Both the position numbers and the translations under genes were made by a program. A DNA stretch of 64,000 bases. Origin: Ruminiclostridium sp. (GTDB taxonomy: Bacteria > Bacillota > Clostridia > Oscillospirales > Ruminococcaceae). The stretch is from the NCBI GenBank assembly GCA_031549645.1, contig JAVBPL010000067.1, forward strand, positions 8,336-72,335. Direction: 5' to 3'. Shown here in pieces: positions 10,168-19,958 of the stretch; within the stretch, counting starts at the first letter, position 1, and every line of letters starts with the position of its first letter. The notes below the pieces were generated by a model. That model ran no database searches. It had not been told where the DNA came from and saw only the letters and a program-made list of their open reading frames with translations.

Positions 10168-11748
10168 ATGAATATTGATTTACCATCGGCAATTTGTGCA
10201 TATTTTTATTTACTGACAGTAATTGTGGTTATAATCACGGATTATGTGCATTATATGCATATGTTTCAGCTTAATTCATATAAAGCATCATCACAGGTAA
10301 AATGGCTCTCGAAAAACACCTCAATAAAAGGCTTGGGAGCGGTCTTGAGTGTACTTATTCTAGCGGTTTTCGGTGCTGTATGGTATGGCTATCTTGGAGC
10401 AGGACTTCTTACTTTATTCTTTCTTGTTCCCTTTAAAAAGAAAAAGCCAGTTAAAAAGAAGCTGGTTTTTACTCCTCGTGTAATTAGAATGTGTGTAACA
10501 AGCCTTGTAATTTACGCTGCAATTTTCAGCCTTATTTTAATTTTGGGGATAGAAAAAACTTTAGTTATATGGTTTGTTCTAGGGCTGATATTAATAACGC
10601 AGTTTATGGTTATAATAGCGAACTTTATGAATAAGCCGATAGAGAAAGCCGTAAATAATCATTATATCAACGATGCAAAGCGTATTATAAATGAGCTTCC
10701 AAATTTAACCGTTTTCGGTATTACGGGCAGCTACGGTAAAACCTCGACGAAATATTATTTAAACGCTCTGCTTTCGACCGAATTTAATGTTCTGATGACA
10801 CCCGAAAGCTATAATACCACGATGGGTGTTGTGAAAACAATACGAGGAAGCCTTAATGCAACACATGAAATTTTTATATGCGAAATGGGTGCTAAAGATG
10901 TCGGCGAAATAAAAGAAATCTGCGATATAGTTAAACCTAAACATTCGATGATAACCTCAATAGGGCCTCAGCACTTAGAAAGCTTTAAATCCATAGAAAA
11001 CATAATAAAAACAAAGTTTGAAATAGCTTACTGCATATCAGACGGAATAGTTTTCTTAAACTTCGATAATCCATATATCAGAGAAAATAAAATAACAAAA
11101 AAATTCATCAGTTATGGCATATCAGATGAAAACAAAAAATATCTGAATTATTATGCGGACAGTATTTCAGTCTCTGAAAAGGGTACCTGCTTCTTTGTGA
11201 CAGCACCTGACGGACAGCGCGTTTCGTTTGAAACAAGGCTTATAGGTGAGCATAACGTTCAGAATATAGTTGGTGCTATTGCAGCGGCTCATTTCCTCGG
11301 TGTAAGCTTTGAAAAGCTTGTCCGTGCGGTTAAAAGGCTGGAAAGCGTTCCGCACAGGCTTCAGATGATTGATGGAAAATCGAAGCTTATTATCGACGAT
11401 GCCTTCAACTCAAATCCCAGTGGCGCAAGAGCGGCTCTTGATGTGCTCGCAAGAATTAATGGCGTAAAAATATTGGTTACTCCTGGAATGGTGGAGCTTG
11501 GCGAGAAGGAATATGAGCTTAATATGGAGCTCGGTTCATATGCTGCAGAGGTGTGCGATTATGCCGTGCTTATCGGAGAAAATAGAGCAAAGCCCATAAA
11601 AGAGGGCTTATTAAAATCGGGCTTTGGTGCTGAGAAAATTATGGTTTATGATACACTTCAAGAGGGACTTGCCTTTGTCGATGCACTAGATACTGGAGAT
11701 GTTAAAAAAGTTGTTCTTTTAGAGAACGATTTGCCCGATAATTATTAA
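10168..11748 (+). CDS. murF: MurF-like Mur ligase with N-terminal transmembrane region
   Basis: GITGSYGKTSTK P-loop, SYNT, CEMGA, IDDAFNSNP, GMVELG; about 170-aa hydrophobic N-terminus. Confidence 0.78.
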   Translation: MNIDLPSAICAYFYLLTVIVVIITDYVHYMHMFQLNSYKASSQVKWLSKNTSIKGLGAVLSVLILAVFGAVWYGYLGAGLLTLFFLVPFKKKKPVKKKLVFTPRVIRMCVTSLVIYAAIFSLILILGIEKTLVIWFVLGLILITQFMVIIANFMNKPIEKAVNNHYINDAKRIINELPNLTVFGITGSYGKTSTKYYLNALLSTEFNVLMTPESYNTTMGVVKTIRGSLNATHEIFICEMGAKDVGEIKEICDIVKPKHSMITSIGPQHLESFKSIENIIKTKFEIAYCISDGIVFLNFDNPYIRENKITKKFISYGISDENKKYLNYYADSISVSEKGTCFFVTAPDGQRVSFETRLIGEHNVQNIVGAIAAAHFLGVSFEKLVRAVKRLESVPHRLQMIDGKSKLIIDDAFNSNPSGARAALDVLARINGVKILVTPGMVELGEKEYELNMELGSYAAEVCDYAVLIGENRAKPIKEGLLKSGFGAEKIMVYDTLQEGLAFVDALDTGDVKKVVLLENDLPDNY

Positions 11749-11761
11749 TAAGGTGGTATGT

Positions 11762-12934
11762 ATGAAGATAAAATTAGGTGTGTTTTTCGGCGGAAAAAGC
11801 GTTGAGCATGAGGTCAGCGTTATCACCGCTATACAGGCAATGGCTTCGATAAACAAGGATAAATACGAGATTGTCCCGATTTACATATCTAAAAATGGTG
11901 ATATGTATTGCGGCGAAAAAATAGGTAAAATTGAGTCATACACCGACATTCCCTCACTTCTTCGTGAAAGCTCCCGTGTGGTCTTAGTGAAAGACGAAAA
12001 TAAATTTCTCCTCACAAGATACCCTGCAAAAAAATTCGGAAATAGCACGGTCGCAAGCATCGATATAGCCTTCCCTATGGGACATGGTACAAACGTAGAG
12101 GACGGTGCACTGCAAGGCTTTCTCCAGACAATCGGAATACCGTATGTGGGCTGCGATGTAACAAGTGCCGCTGTCGGTATGGATAAATATATAACCAAAA
12201 TCCTTTTAAAAGCCGACGGAATACCAGTGCTCAATGCCGAGAGATTAAAGAATTCTGCTCATTATGAGCTCCAATCGCTTGAAGAAAAAATCGGTTATCC
12301 GATGATAATAAAGCCGATTAATCTTGGTTCAAGTGTGGGAATTAAAATTGCTCGTGACCGTGATGAGCTTGAGGCGGTAATTGAACATGCATTTATGTTC
12401 ACGAACGAAATAATTGCAGAACATGCGATTATGAATTTAAAAGAAGTTAATGTTGCGGTGCTTGGTGATGCGGAAGCCGCTGTGGCGAGTGAATGTGAGG
12501 AGCCTATAGCCTGCGATGAAATTTTAAGCTACGAGGATAAGTATGTTTCGGGTGATAAAAATGGTTCTAAAAGCAGCGGTATGGCTTCGTTAAAGAGAAA
12601 AATACCCGCTGACATTACTCCCATGCAGCGTGAGGAAATACGCTTGCTTGCTGTGAAAGCATTTCGCTCGCTGTCTTGCAACGGTGTTGCTCGGCTTGAT
12701 TTTATGATTGATATGGATAACGATGAAATTTATTTTAACGAAATAAATACACTCCCAGGAAGCCTTGCGTTCTATTTATGGGAGCCTATTGGTTTAAAAT
12801 ATACCGATATGCTTGAAAAAATGATATCGCTTGCATTCAAAAGAGAGCGAGAGAACAGCAGTATAAACTTTTCCTTCGAAAGCAATATACTCAAGGACGC
12901 AAAGCTCGGTGGAAGTAAGGGAAGTAAAAGATAA
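11762..12934 (+). CDS. ddl: D-alanine--D-alanine ligase
   Basis: GGKSVEHEVS, HGTNVEDG, KPINLGSSVG, SYEDKY omega loop, NEINTLPG. Confidence 0.88.
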   Translation: MKIKLGVFFGGKSVEHEVSVITAIQAMASINKDKYEIVPIYISKNGDMYCGEKIGKIESYTDIPSLLRESSRVVLVKDENKFLLTRYPAKKFGNSTVASIDIAFPMGHGTNVEDGALQGFLQTIGIPYVGCDVTSAAVGMDKYITKILLKADGIPVLNAERLKNSAHYELQSLEEKIGYPMIIKPINLGSSVGIKIARDRDELEAVIEHAFMFTNEIIAEHAIMNLKEVNVAVLGDAEAAVASECEEPIACDEILSYEDKYVSGDKNGSKSSGMASLKRKIPADITPMQREEIRLLAVKAFRSLSCNGVARLDFMIDMDNDEIYFNEINTLPGSLAFYLWEPIGLKYTDMLEKMISLAFKRERENSSINFSFESNILKDAKLGGSKGSKR

Positions 12935-12947
12935 AGGAAACGGAAAA

Positions 12948-13163
12948 ATGATAAACAATAAAAAACCATATATCATAAATTTACAGTTTGGCACCTGGCA
13001 AAACCAGCTTTGGTTCATGGGTGATGAAGGCAGAGATGAGGAGTTTAGCAGAGCTGAAAAGGGGCTTGATGAAATAGGTGACTCATGTACTAACTCGAGC
13101 GACTTCTTCGATAAGGCTGTAAAGCATTTTGAGGGCTTAGGCTTCGCCCGTATTTATAAATGA
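12948..13163 (+). CDS. small hypothetical protein (71 aa)
   Basis: Fills the gap in the operon, AAGGA upstream, overlaps the next start codon. Confidence 0.55.
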   Translation: MINNKKPYIINLQFGTWQNQLWFMGDEGRDEEFSRAEKGLDEIGDSCTNSSDFFDKAVKHFEGLGFARIYK

Positions 13164-14098
13164 GAAGTATAACAGTAGGCAAGAACGATGCGGGGCAAAG
13201 GCTCGATAGATTTCTCTCAAAAAGCTTTCCGCTATTAAAGCATGGTGTTATACGAAAGGCTCTACGAAATAAAGATATAAAAGTCAATCGCAAGCGTACC
13301 GATGCCGAGTATTTTTTAATCGAAAACGATGTAATTGATGTTTATATTAAAGACGAGCTTTTAACAGGGAAAACTATATCAGATAAAGCTACTTCGGGAA
13401 TAGCACTTGAACAATCCGATATAATTTATGAAGATGAAAACATTCTCTTAATAAATAAACCTGTAGGGCTTGTGGTGCACGAGGATAATCAAAAAACTGA
13501 CGATACACTGATAAAGAGAATAATAAATTATCTGATAAAAACGGGAGAGTATGACAGTAAACACGAGCTTTCGTTCACACCTTCGCTTTGCAACAGGCTT
13601 GACCGAAACACGTCGGGCATTGTAATTGCAGCGAAAAATGCCGAAGCACTCCGAATAATGTCGCAGAAGCTACGTGACAGGGAGATCGAGAAGCTTTACT
13701 TATGCCTTGTCTACGGTGTAATGCCGAAAAAGCATGACATACTGACACATTATCTCGAAAAATCCGAAAAGGAAAATAGGGTTTACATAAACGATAAAAA
13801 AACAGCGAAAAATTTAACGATAAAGACTGAATATAAAGTGCTTAAAGAAGCTGATGATTATTCACTACTCGAAATAAATCTGCTGACTGGACGAACGCAT
13901 CAAATCAGAGCGCATCTTTCCTATATAGGGCACCCAATTTTGGGCGACTCGAAATACGGTGATAATAAAATAAATCGCTTATATAAGTATAAGTCACAGG
14001 CACTTTGCAGTTATAAATTGAAATTTATTTTTAGCACAGATGCAGGAATACTGGAGTATTTAAAAAACAAGGAATTTGAAATTAATAAGGACTGGTAA
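13160..14098 (+). CDS. RluA-family 23S rRNA pseudouridine synthase with S4 domain
   Basis: GQRLDRFL, NKPVGLVVH, NRLDRNTSG, TGRTHQIRAH, GHPILGD. Confidence 0.92.
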   Translation: MRSITVGKNDAGQRLDRFLSKSFPLLKHGVIRKALRNKDIKVNRKRTDAEYFLIENDVIDVYIKDELLTGKTISDKATSGIALEQSDIIYEDENILLINKPVGLVVHEDNQKTDDTLIKRIINYLIKTGEYDSKHELSFTPSLCNRLDRNTSGIVIAAKNAEALRIMSQKLRDREIEKLYLCLVYGVMPKKHDILTHYLEKSEKENRVYINDKKTAKNLTIKTEYKVLKEADDYSLLEINLLTGRTHQIRAHLSYIGHPILGDSKYGDNKINRLYKYKSQALCSYKLKFIFSTDAGILEYLKNKEFEINKDW

Positions 14099-15306
14099 TG
14101 AAAATGAAATACATTGTTCTTCTTTGCGACGGAATGGCGGATTTACCCGTAGAGGAGCTTGGGGGGGAAACCCCGATGGAGAAAGCGAACAAGCCTTTTA
14201 TGGACGGGCTATCTAAGAAGGGTATGCTCGGACTTGTAAAGACTGTAAACGATAATTTGAAGCCAGGAAGCGACGTGGCAAATTTATCAGTTTTAGGGTA
14301 TGACCCTGCGGTTAGCTATTCGGGGCGTTCTCCGCTTGAAGCTGGCAGTATCGGGATTGACATGAAGCCGACTGATATTTCTCTCAGATGTAATCTTGTC
14401 ACGCTTTCAGACGAAGCGGATTATACCGACAAGACTATGATAGATTATTGTGCTGACGATATTTCAACGGAAGATGCGGCAGTTTTGATAAAATATATTG
14501 ATGAAAAATTGGGTAAAGCACCTTTTAAATTCTATAATGGTGTAAGTTACCGCCACTGTCTCATTTGGGACAATGGCACCCTTGATTTAGGGGAGCTGAC
14601 ACCGCCTCATGATATTACGGGACAGCCTGTTAAGAAGTATCTTGGCGTAAATGAAAATGGAAAACCGCTCCTTGATATGATGAAGCAGTCCTACGAGCTG
14701 CTTAAAAATCACCCCTTGAACCTTGAAAGAATTAAAAACAACCGTCGTCCAGCAAATTCAATCTGGCTCTGGGGCGAGGGCTACCGCAAGGAGCTAGTAG
14801 CTTTTAAAGAAAAGTTTGGTCTCAAGGGAGCCATGATTAGCGCCGTGGATTTGCTTAAGGGTATAGGTAAATTTACGGGTATGGAGGTAATAAATGTTGA
14901 GGGCGCAACTGGCTATCTTGACACGAATTTCAGCGGTAAAGGCATGGCTGCGGTAAACGCTTTGAAAAGCGGCTTGGATTTGGTTTATATCCACGTTGAA
15001 GCGCCAGATGAATGCGGTCACAGAAATGAAATAGAGGGCAAGGTCAAAGCGATTGAGCTGATAGATGAAAAAATACTGGGACCTATTTTGGAAGCGATGA
15101 AAGATGAAGAAATAAAAGTTCTGATTTGCCCCGACCACCCCACACCATTAGCTTTACGGACACATACAAATGCACCGGTGCCTTTTCTTATTTATGACAG
15201 CACGGTTGAAGTGATGGGCTGCGATACCTTTACCGAAAAGACTGCTGAACAAACAGGAAACTATATAGCGGAAGGCCATACCCTTATGGAACGTTTTACA
15301 TCATAA
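14098..15306 (+). CDS. apgM: cofactor-independent phosphoglycerate mutase, archaeal type
   Basis: DGMAD, PGSDVAN, EAPDECGH, PDHPTP, HTNAPVPF. Confidence 0.85.
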   Translation: MKMKYIVLLCDGMADLPVEELGGETPMEKANKPFMDGLSKKGMLGLVKTVNDNLKPGSDVANLSVLGYDPAVSYSGRSPLEAGSIGIDMKPTDISLRCNLVTLSDEADYTDKTMIDYCADDISTEDAAVLIKYIDEKLGKAPFKFYNGVSYRHCLIWDNGTLDLGELTPPHDITGQPVKKYLGVNENGKPLLDMMKQSYELLKNHPLNLERIKNNRRPANSIWLWGEGYRKELVAFKEKFGLKGAMISAVDLLKGIGKFTGMEVINVEGATGYLDTNFSGKGMAAVNALKSGLDLVYIHVEAPDECGHRNEIEGKVKAIELIDEKILGPILEAMKDEEIKVLICPDHPTPLALRTHTNAPVPFLIYDSTVEVMGCDTFTEKTAEQTGNYIAEGHTLMERFTS

Positions 15307-15307
15307 A

Positions 15308-15340
15308 AAAAATCCCCGATTTTAATAATCGGGGATTTTT
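15308..15340. terminator. bidirectional intrinsic terminator
   Basis: AAAAATCCCCGATT-5 nt-AATCGGGGATTTTT. Confidence 0.85.
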
Positions 15341-15351
15341 GTATTAATGAA

Positions 15352-15648
15352 TTACTTAACTTCGCCGTAAACACTTTCCTCAGGGGAGTGCCTAGGCTTA
15401 TCCTTTACAAACTTAATCGCATTGATAACCTGTACATCGATATCTAGCATATTCTGCCTAATCATCTGCTGGTCAATACGCGAGAATAACTCGCCCTTAT
15501 TTGTGCTGACATATTTCGGCGGTAGTTTATTAAGCGCAATACACTTAATATCCTCAAAGCAAAGCTCACAGGTACAGCACTGGATATCCTTCAGATGCTC
15601 CTTAGTCCGCATCTCCACCATCTGCTCCATCATATTCAAAAAAGCCAT
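15352..15648 (-). CDS. ComFB family protein
   Basis: N-x-ME, CCTCELC, DIKCIALNKLPPKY, C-terminal PRH; RBS GGGAGG before ATG 15648. Confidence 0.85.
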   Translation of the reverse strand: MAFLNMMEQMVEMRTKEHLKDIQCCTCELCFEDIKCIALNKLPPKYVSTNKGELFSRIDQQMIRQNMLDIDVQVINAIKFVKDKPRHSPEESVYGEVK

Positions 15649-15720
15649 ATTTTCCTCCCAAACACTCATATATATAAATTTTTAGTTAACTATATATCCA
15701 TGAAAACAATTCACAAGCTT

Positions 15721-15749
15721 ATTGTATACCTAAAACATGATTTTGTCAA
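15721..15749 (-). promoter_or_regulatory. sigma-A promoter for the comFB-like gene
   Basis: Minus strand TTGACA-17-TACAAT. Confidence 0.7.
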
Positions 15750-15826
15750 GATGTAAAATTTTTCAACCGCATATAGTAAAAAAGTAATATTAAGCAGTAT
15801 GGAGTGCAAATAATAAGCTATTTTCA

Positions 15827-15855
15827 TTGACAAGTCTATCTAAAAAGTGTATAAT
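15827..15855 (+). promoter_or_regulatory. sigma-A promoter for secA
   Basis: Perfect TTGACA-17-TATAAT. Confidence 0.85.
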
Positions 15856-15901
15856 ATTTTTGTATTTGTTTTGAGACATACGTAGGAAGGAATGACGATA
15901 A

Positions 15902-18631
15902 ATGGGCCTAATGGATTTATTCTTCGGCAACTATTCTGAAAAAGAAATAAAAAGAATTGAACCGATTAAGGAAAAAACATTATCACTTGAGCCAAAATAT
16001 CAGGCTATGAGCGATAAGGAGCTTCAAACTCAGACAGAAATTTTGAAAAAACGCCTTACAGACGGCGAAACGCTTAATGATATTCTTCCCGATGCTTTTG
16101 CGGTATGCAGAGAGGCGATGTGGAGGGTGCTTGCTATTAAGCCGTACCCCGTGCAAATCCTTGGAGGCATAGTGCTTCATCAGGGACGTATAGCGGAAAT
16201 GAAAACTGGTGAGGGTAAAACCTTCGTTGCGGCTTTGCCATCATATCTTAACGCACTTTCGGGTAAAGGCGTTCATGTTGTAACCGTAAATGACTATCTT
16301 GCAAAGCGTGACAGCGACCAGATTGGACGTGTTCATCGCTTTCTGGGGTTGTCGGTAGGCTTAATTGTTCATGATTTAAGAAACGATGAACGCAGAAAAG
16401 CATACGCCTGCGATATAACCTACGGCACCAATAACGAGCTGGGCTTCGATTATCTTCGTGATAATATGTGCATCAGCAAGAGCGATAAGGTTCAGCGCAA
16501 GTTCAGCTATGCAATCGTCGATGAGGTTGACTCAATCCTCATAGATGAAGCGAGAACCCCGCTTATAATTTCGGGACGTGGAGATAAATCCACCGATTTA
16601 TACCAAAGAGCCGATAAGCTTGCCCGCACAATGAAGCGTGTTAAGGTTGTCGAGCTTGATAATAAGGTTGAGCATGATGATTATGACGGCGATTACATTA
16701 TCGACGAAAAGGGTAAGACATCAACACTCTTACCCGACGGTGTAAAGAAGGCTGAAGCGTTTTTCGGTGTCGAAAACCTTATGGACCCCGAAAACATCAC
16801 CCTGCTTCACCATGTAAATCAGGCAATCCGTGCACATGGTATTATGTCGATTGACGTAGATTATGTAATCAAGGACGGCGAAATAATCATCGTTGATGAG
16901 TTCACGGGACGTTTGATGTTCGGACGCCGCTTTAATGAGGGACTTCATCAGGCGATAGAAGCAAAAGAGGGTGTTAAGGTTAAACACGAGAGTAAGACTC
17001 TTGCGACTATAACTTTCCAAAACTTCTTCCGTCTTTACGATAAGCTGTCGGGTATGACTGGTACAGCAATGACCGAGGAGCAGGAATTCAGAGGAACCTA
17101 TAACCTCGACGTAATCGCCGTTCCTACGAACAAGCCTGTTATCAGACAGGACCAAGAGGACCAGGTTTATAAAAACGAAGATGGTAAATTCACGGCAGTA
17201 ATCCGACAAATTGAAGAATGTCACGCAAAGGGACAGCCTGTGCTTGTAGGTACAATTTCAATCGAAAAATCCGAGCTGCTCTCTAAGCTTTTAAAACGCA
17301 AGGGTATTAAGCATGAGGTTTTAAACGCTAAAAATCACGAGCGTGAAGCTGAAATCGTCGCACAGGCGGGTAAATACGGTGCTGTTACTATTGCGACAAA
17401 CATGGCGGGACGTGGTACAGACATTATGCTTGGTGGTAACTCAGAATATCTCGCAAAATCTCAGATGAGAAAAATGGAGATAGACGAGGAAATAATCAAT
17501 GAAGCAACAGGCTTTGCCGAGACTGACAATGAGGAATTGTTAAATGCTCGTCAGACCTTTAAAGAGCTTAACGAAAAATATAAAAACGAGATTGCCGAGG
17601 AAGCAGATAAGGTTAAGTCGGCAGGCGGTTTATTTATACTAGGCACCGAGCGTCATGAGTCACGCCGTATTGATAATCAGCTAAGAGGACGTGCAGGACG
17701 TCAGGGGGACCCCGGCGAAAGCCGTTTCTTCATCTCACTAGAAGATGACCTGATGCGTATATTTGGCGGTGAGCGTGTTCAAGCGATGATGGAAACACTC
17801 CGTATTGAGGACGACCAGCCAATTCAAAATAAGATTTTAACCCGTACAATCGAGTCCTCACAGCGTAAGATTGAGGGCAGAAACTATTCAATCAGAAAGA
17901 ACGTTCTTGATTATGATGATGTAATGTCACAGCAGAGAATGACTATCTATAATCAGCGTACAAAGGTGCTTGACGGCGACGATGTAAGCGGAAATATTAT
18001 CGCCATGATTGAGGAAACCGTAAATGAAGCGGTAGATACCTTCTGTCAGGGTGAGGTTGCCGACGACTGGAACCTTACAGGACTGCGTGAAAGCTGGTCT
18101 GGTATTCTCACAACCTCCGAGGATTTCCGTTACAATGCCGAGCAGCTAAATGATATTACGAGAGAGCAGTTGAAATCCGAAATGCTTGATCGTGCAATGA
18201 CACTCTATAAAAATCGTGAGACCGAATTTACGCCAGAAATTATGCGTGAGGTTGAGCGTGTAGTTCTCCTCAAGAACGTTGACATGAAGTGGATGGACCA
18301 CATAGATGCAATGTCGGACCTTAAGCATGGCATTCATCTGCGTTCAATGGGCGGCGGTAAGGACCCCGTGGTTGAATATCGTCATGAAGGCTTCGCAATG
18401 TATGACGAAATGATAGCTTCTATCCGTGAGGATACTGTTCGCATGGTGCTGACAGTTAGAATTAGGCAGGAAGCACCTCCGCAAAGAGAACAGGTGATGA
18501 AACCCGATGCAGAAAACGCTGGCTCCACACAGCCTGTAAAGAAAACCGCAAGCCAAAAGGTAGGAAGAAATGACCTCTGCCCCTGCGGAAGCGGTAAAAA
18601 ATATAAAAAGTGCTGCGGTGAAAACGAATAA
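15902..18631 (+). CDS. secA: preprotein translocase ATPase SecA
   Basis: EMKTGEGKT, DEVDSILIDEARTP, ATNMAGRGTD, QLRGRAGRQGDPG, C-terminal SEC-C (GRNDLCPCGSGKKYKKCC). Confidence 0.98.
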   Translation: MGLMDLFFGNYSEKEIKRIEPIKEKTLSLEPKYQAMSDKELQTQTEILKKRLTDGETLNDILPDAFAVCREAMWRVLAIKPYPVQILGGIVLHQGRIAEMKTGEGKTFVAALPSYLNALSGKGVHVVTVNDYLAKRDSDQIGRVHRFLGLSVGLIVHDLRNDERRKAYACDITYGTNNELGFDYLRDNMCISKSDKVQRKFSYAIVDEVDSILIDEARTPLIISGRGDKSTDLYQRADKLARTMKRVKVVELDNKVEHDDYDGDYIIDEKGKTSTLLPDGVKKAEAFFGVENLMDPENITLLHHVNQAIRAHGIMSIDVDYVIKDGEIIIVDEFTGRLMFGRRFNEGLHQAIEAKEGVKVKHESKTLATITFQNFFRLYDKLSGMTGTAMTEEQEFRGTYNLDVIAVPTNKPVIRQDQEDQVYKNEDGKFTAVIRQIEECHAKGQPVLVGTISIEKSELLSKLLKRKGIKHEVLNAKNHEREAEIVAQAGKYGAVTIATNMAGRGTDIMLGGNSEYLAKSQMRKMEIDEEIINEATGFAETDNEELLNARQTFKELNEKYKNEIAEEADKVKSAGGLFILGTERHESRRIDNQLRGRAGRQGDPGESRFFISLEDDLMRIFGGERVQAMMETLRIEDDQPIQNKILTRTIESSQRKIEGRNYSIRKNVLDYDDVMSQQRMTIYNQRTKVLDGDDVSGNIIAMIEETVNEAVDTFCQGEVADDWNLTGLRESWSGILTTSEDFRYNAEQLNDITREQLKSEMLDRAMTLYKNRETEFTPEIMREVERVVLLKNVDMKWMDHIDAMSDLKHGIHLRSMGGGKDPVVEYRHEGFAMYDEMIASIREDTVRMVLTVRIRQEAPPQREQVMKPDAENAGSTQPVKKTASQKVGRNDLCPCGSGKKYKKCCGENE

Positions 18632-18654
18632 TATAGTTAGAAACGGAGATTAAT

Positions 18655-19950
18655 ATGGCTGAAATTAAAGCATTCAAAGGGTTGCGATATACCGAAAAAG
18701 CGGGGGAAATAGGCGAGCTTTGCTGTCCTCCCTACGATATCATAAGCGATAAGGAGAGACAGGCATTTATTGACAACAATCCTTACAACATCATTCGGCT
18801 TGAGCTGCCCAAAATGGGCGGCGACAGCGATAATTCCGAGGCGTACACCATAGCAAATCAGTTTTTGCGTGACTGGATGGGTAAGGGTATTCTGAAGAAT
18901 GATGATAAAGACGGAATTTACGTTTATGAGATGGATTTTTCTGTAAGCGGAAATTCGTATAGCTTAAAGGGTTTTATCTCGCTTATTAAGCTTGAGGAGT
19001 TTTCAAAGGGTGTGGTGCTTCCTCATGAGGAAACGCTCTCTAAGGCGAAAACCGACCGCCTTAATCTCATGACTGCGACGAAATGTAATTTCAGTCAAAT
19101 ATATTCACTTTATATGGACGAGGATAAGGCTGTATATAGCGTAATCGATAATGCATCTAAGGGAAAGCCCGATTATGAATTTACAGACGGCGACGGTGTT
19201 ACCCATAAGCTTTGGTGCGTATATGATGAGGCTATGCATATTGCAGTTGCGAATGGTATGGCTGATAAAAAGGTTTATATTGCGGACGGACATCATCGTT
19301 ACGAAACTGCACTTAATTTTCGCAATTATATGAGGGAAAAATTTGGTGATAATATCGGTTCTGCCGATTATGTTCCTATGATGTTCGTAAATATGGAGAA
19401 TTCGGGACTGGTGGTATTCCCCACTCATAGAATTGTTTGCGATTTAAATAATTATAGCTATGATGAGGTAATTGAACGCTGCGCCAGATATTTTGAAATC
19501 ACTCCTTTCTTAAATCGTGAAAAGGGTGAAATCGGACTTGAGGAAGCATATAAAAACGGCAAAAAAGCGTTTGTGCTTTTCACTGGCGATAATAATTATA
19601 CTCTCTTAGTTCTTAAGGATGTAGCGGCAATGACCGAGCTTATGCCCGAAGCGAGCGAGGCATTAAGAAGCCTTGATGTAAGTGTTCTCCATACACTTGT
19701 TTTAGAGAGAATTTTTGGCATTGATAAAGAAAATATGGCTAATCAAATCAATTTAACCTACACAAGAATTGCCGATGAAGCTATTTCGGCGGTTGATGGT
19801 AAGAGGGCAAATTGCTGCTTTTTACTCAATCCCACCCGTGTCAGTGAAATTCGTGATGTTGCGCTTGCAAGAGAAAAAATGCCGCAAAAATCGACTTATT
19901 TTTATCCCAAGCTTACAACAGGTTTTGTGCTTAATCAAATAGTTAAATAG
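18655..19950 (+). CDS. DUF1015 family protein
   Basis: PPYD, PHEET, YIADGHHRYETA, MPQKSTYFYPK. Confidence 0.88.
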   Translation: MAEIKAFKGLRYTEKAGEIGELCCPPYDIISDKERQAFIDNNPYNIIRLELPKMGGDSDNSEAYTIANQFLRDWMGKGILKNDDKDGIYVYEMDFSVSGNSYSLKGFISLIKLEEFSKGVVLPHEETLSKAKTDRLNLMTATKCNFSQIYSLYMDEDKAVYSVIDNASKGKPDYEFTDGDGVTHKLWCVYDEAMHIAVANGMADKKVYIADGHHRYETALNFRNYMREKFGDNIGSADYVPMMFVNMENSGLVVFPTHRIVCDLNNYSYDEVIERCARYFEITPFLNREKGEIGLEEAYKNGKKAFVLFTGDNNYTLLVLKDVAAMTELMPEASEALRSLDVSVLHTLVLERIFGIDKENMANQINLTYTRIADEAISAVDGKRANCCFLLNPTRVSEIRDVALAREKMPQKSTYFYPKLTTGFVLNQIVK

Positions 19951-19958
19951 GAACAATT

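Noticed and set aside
9386-12934. Possible van-type glycopeptide resistance cluster
   Set aside because: No vanRS, vanH, vanX or vanY; the Ddl omega loop keeps Tyr; alr is a distant soluble housekeeping type, not vanT.
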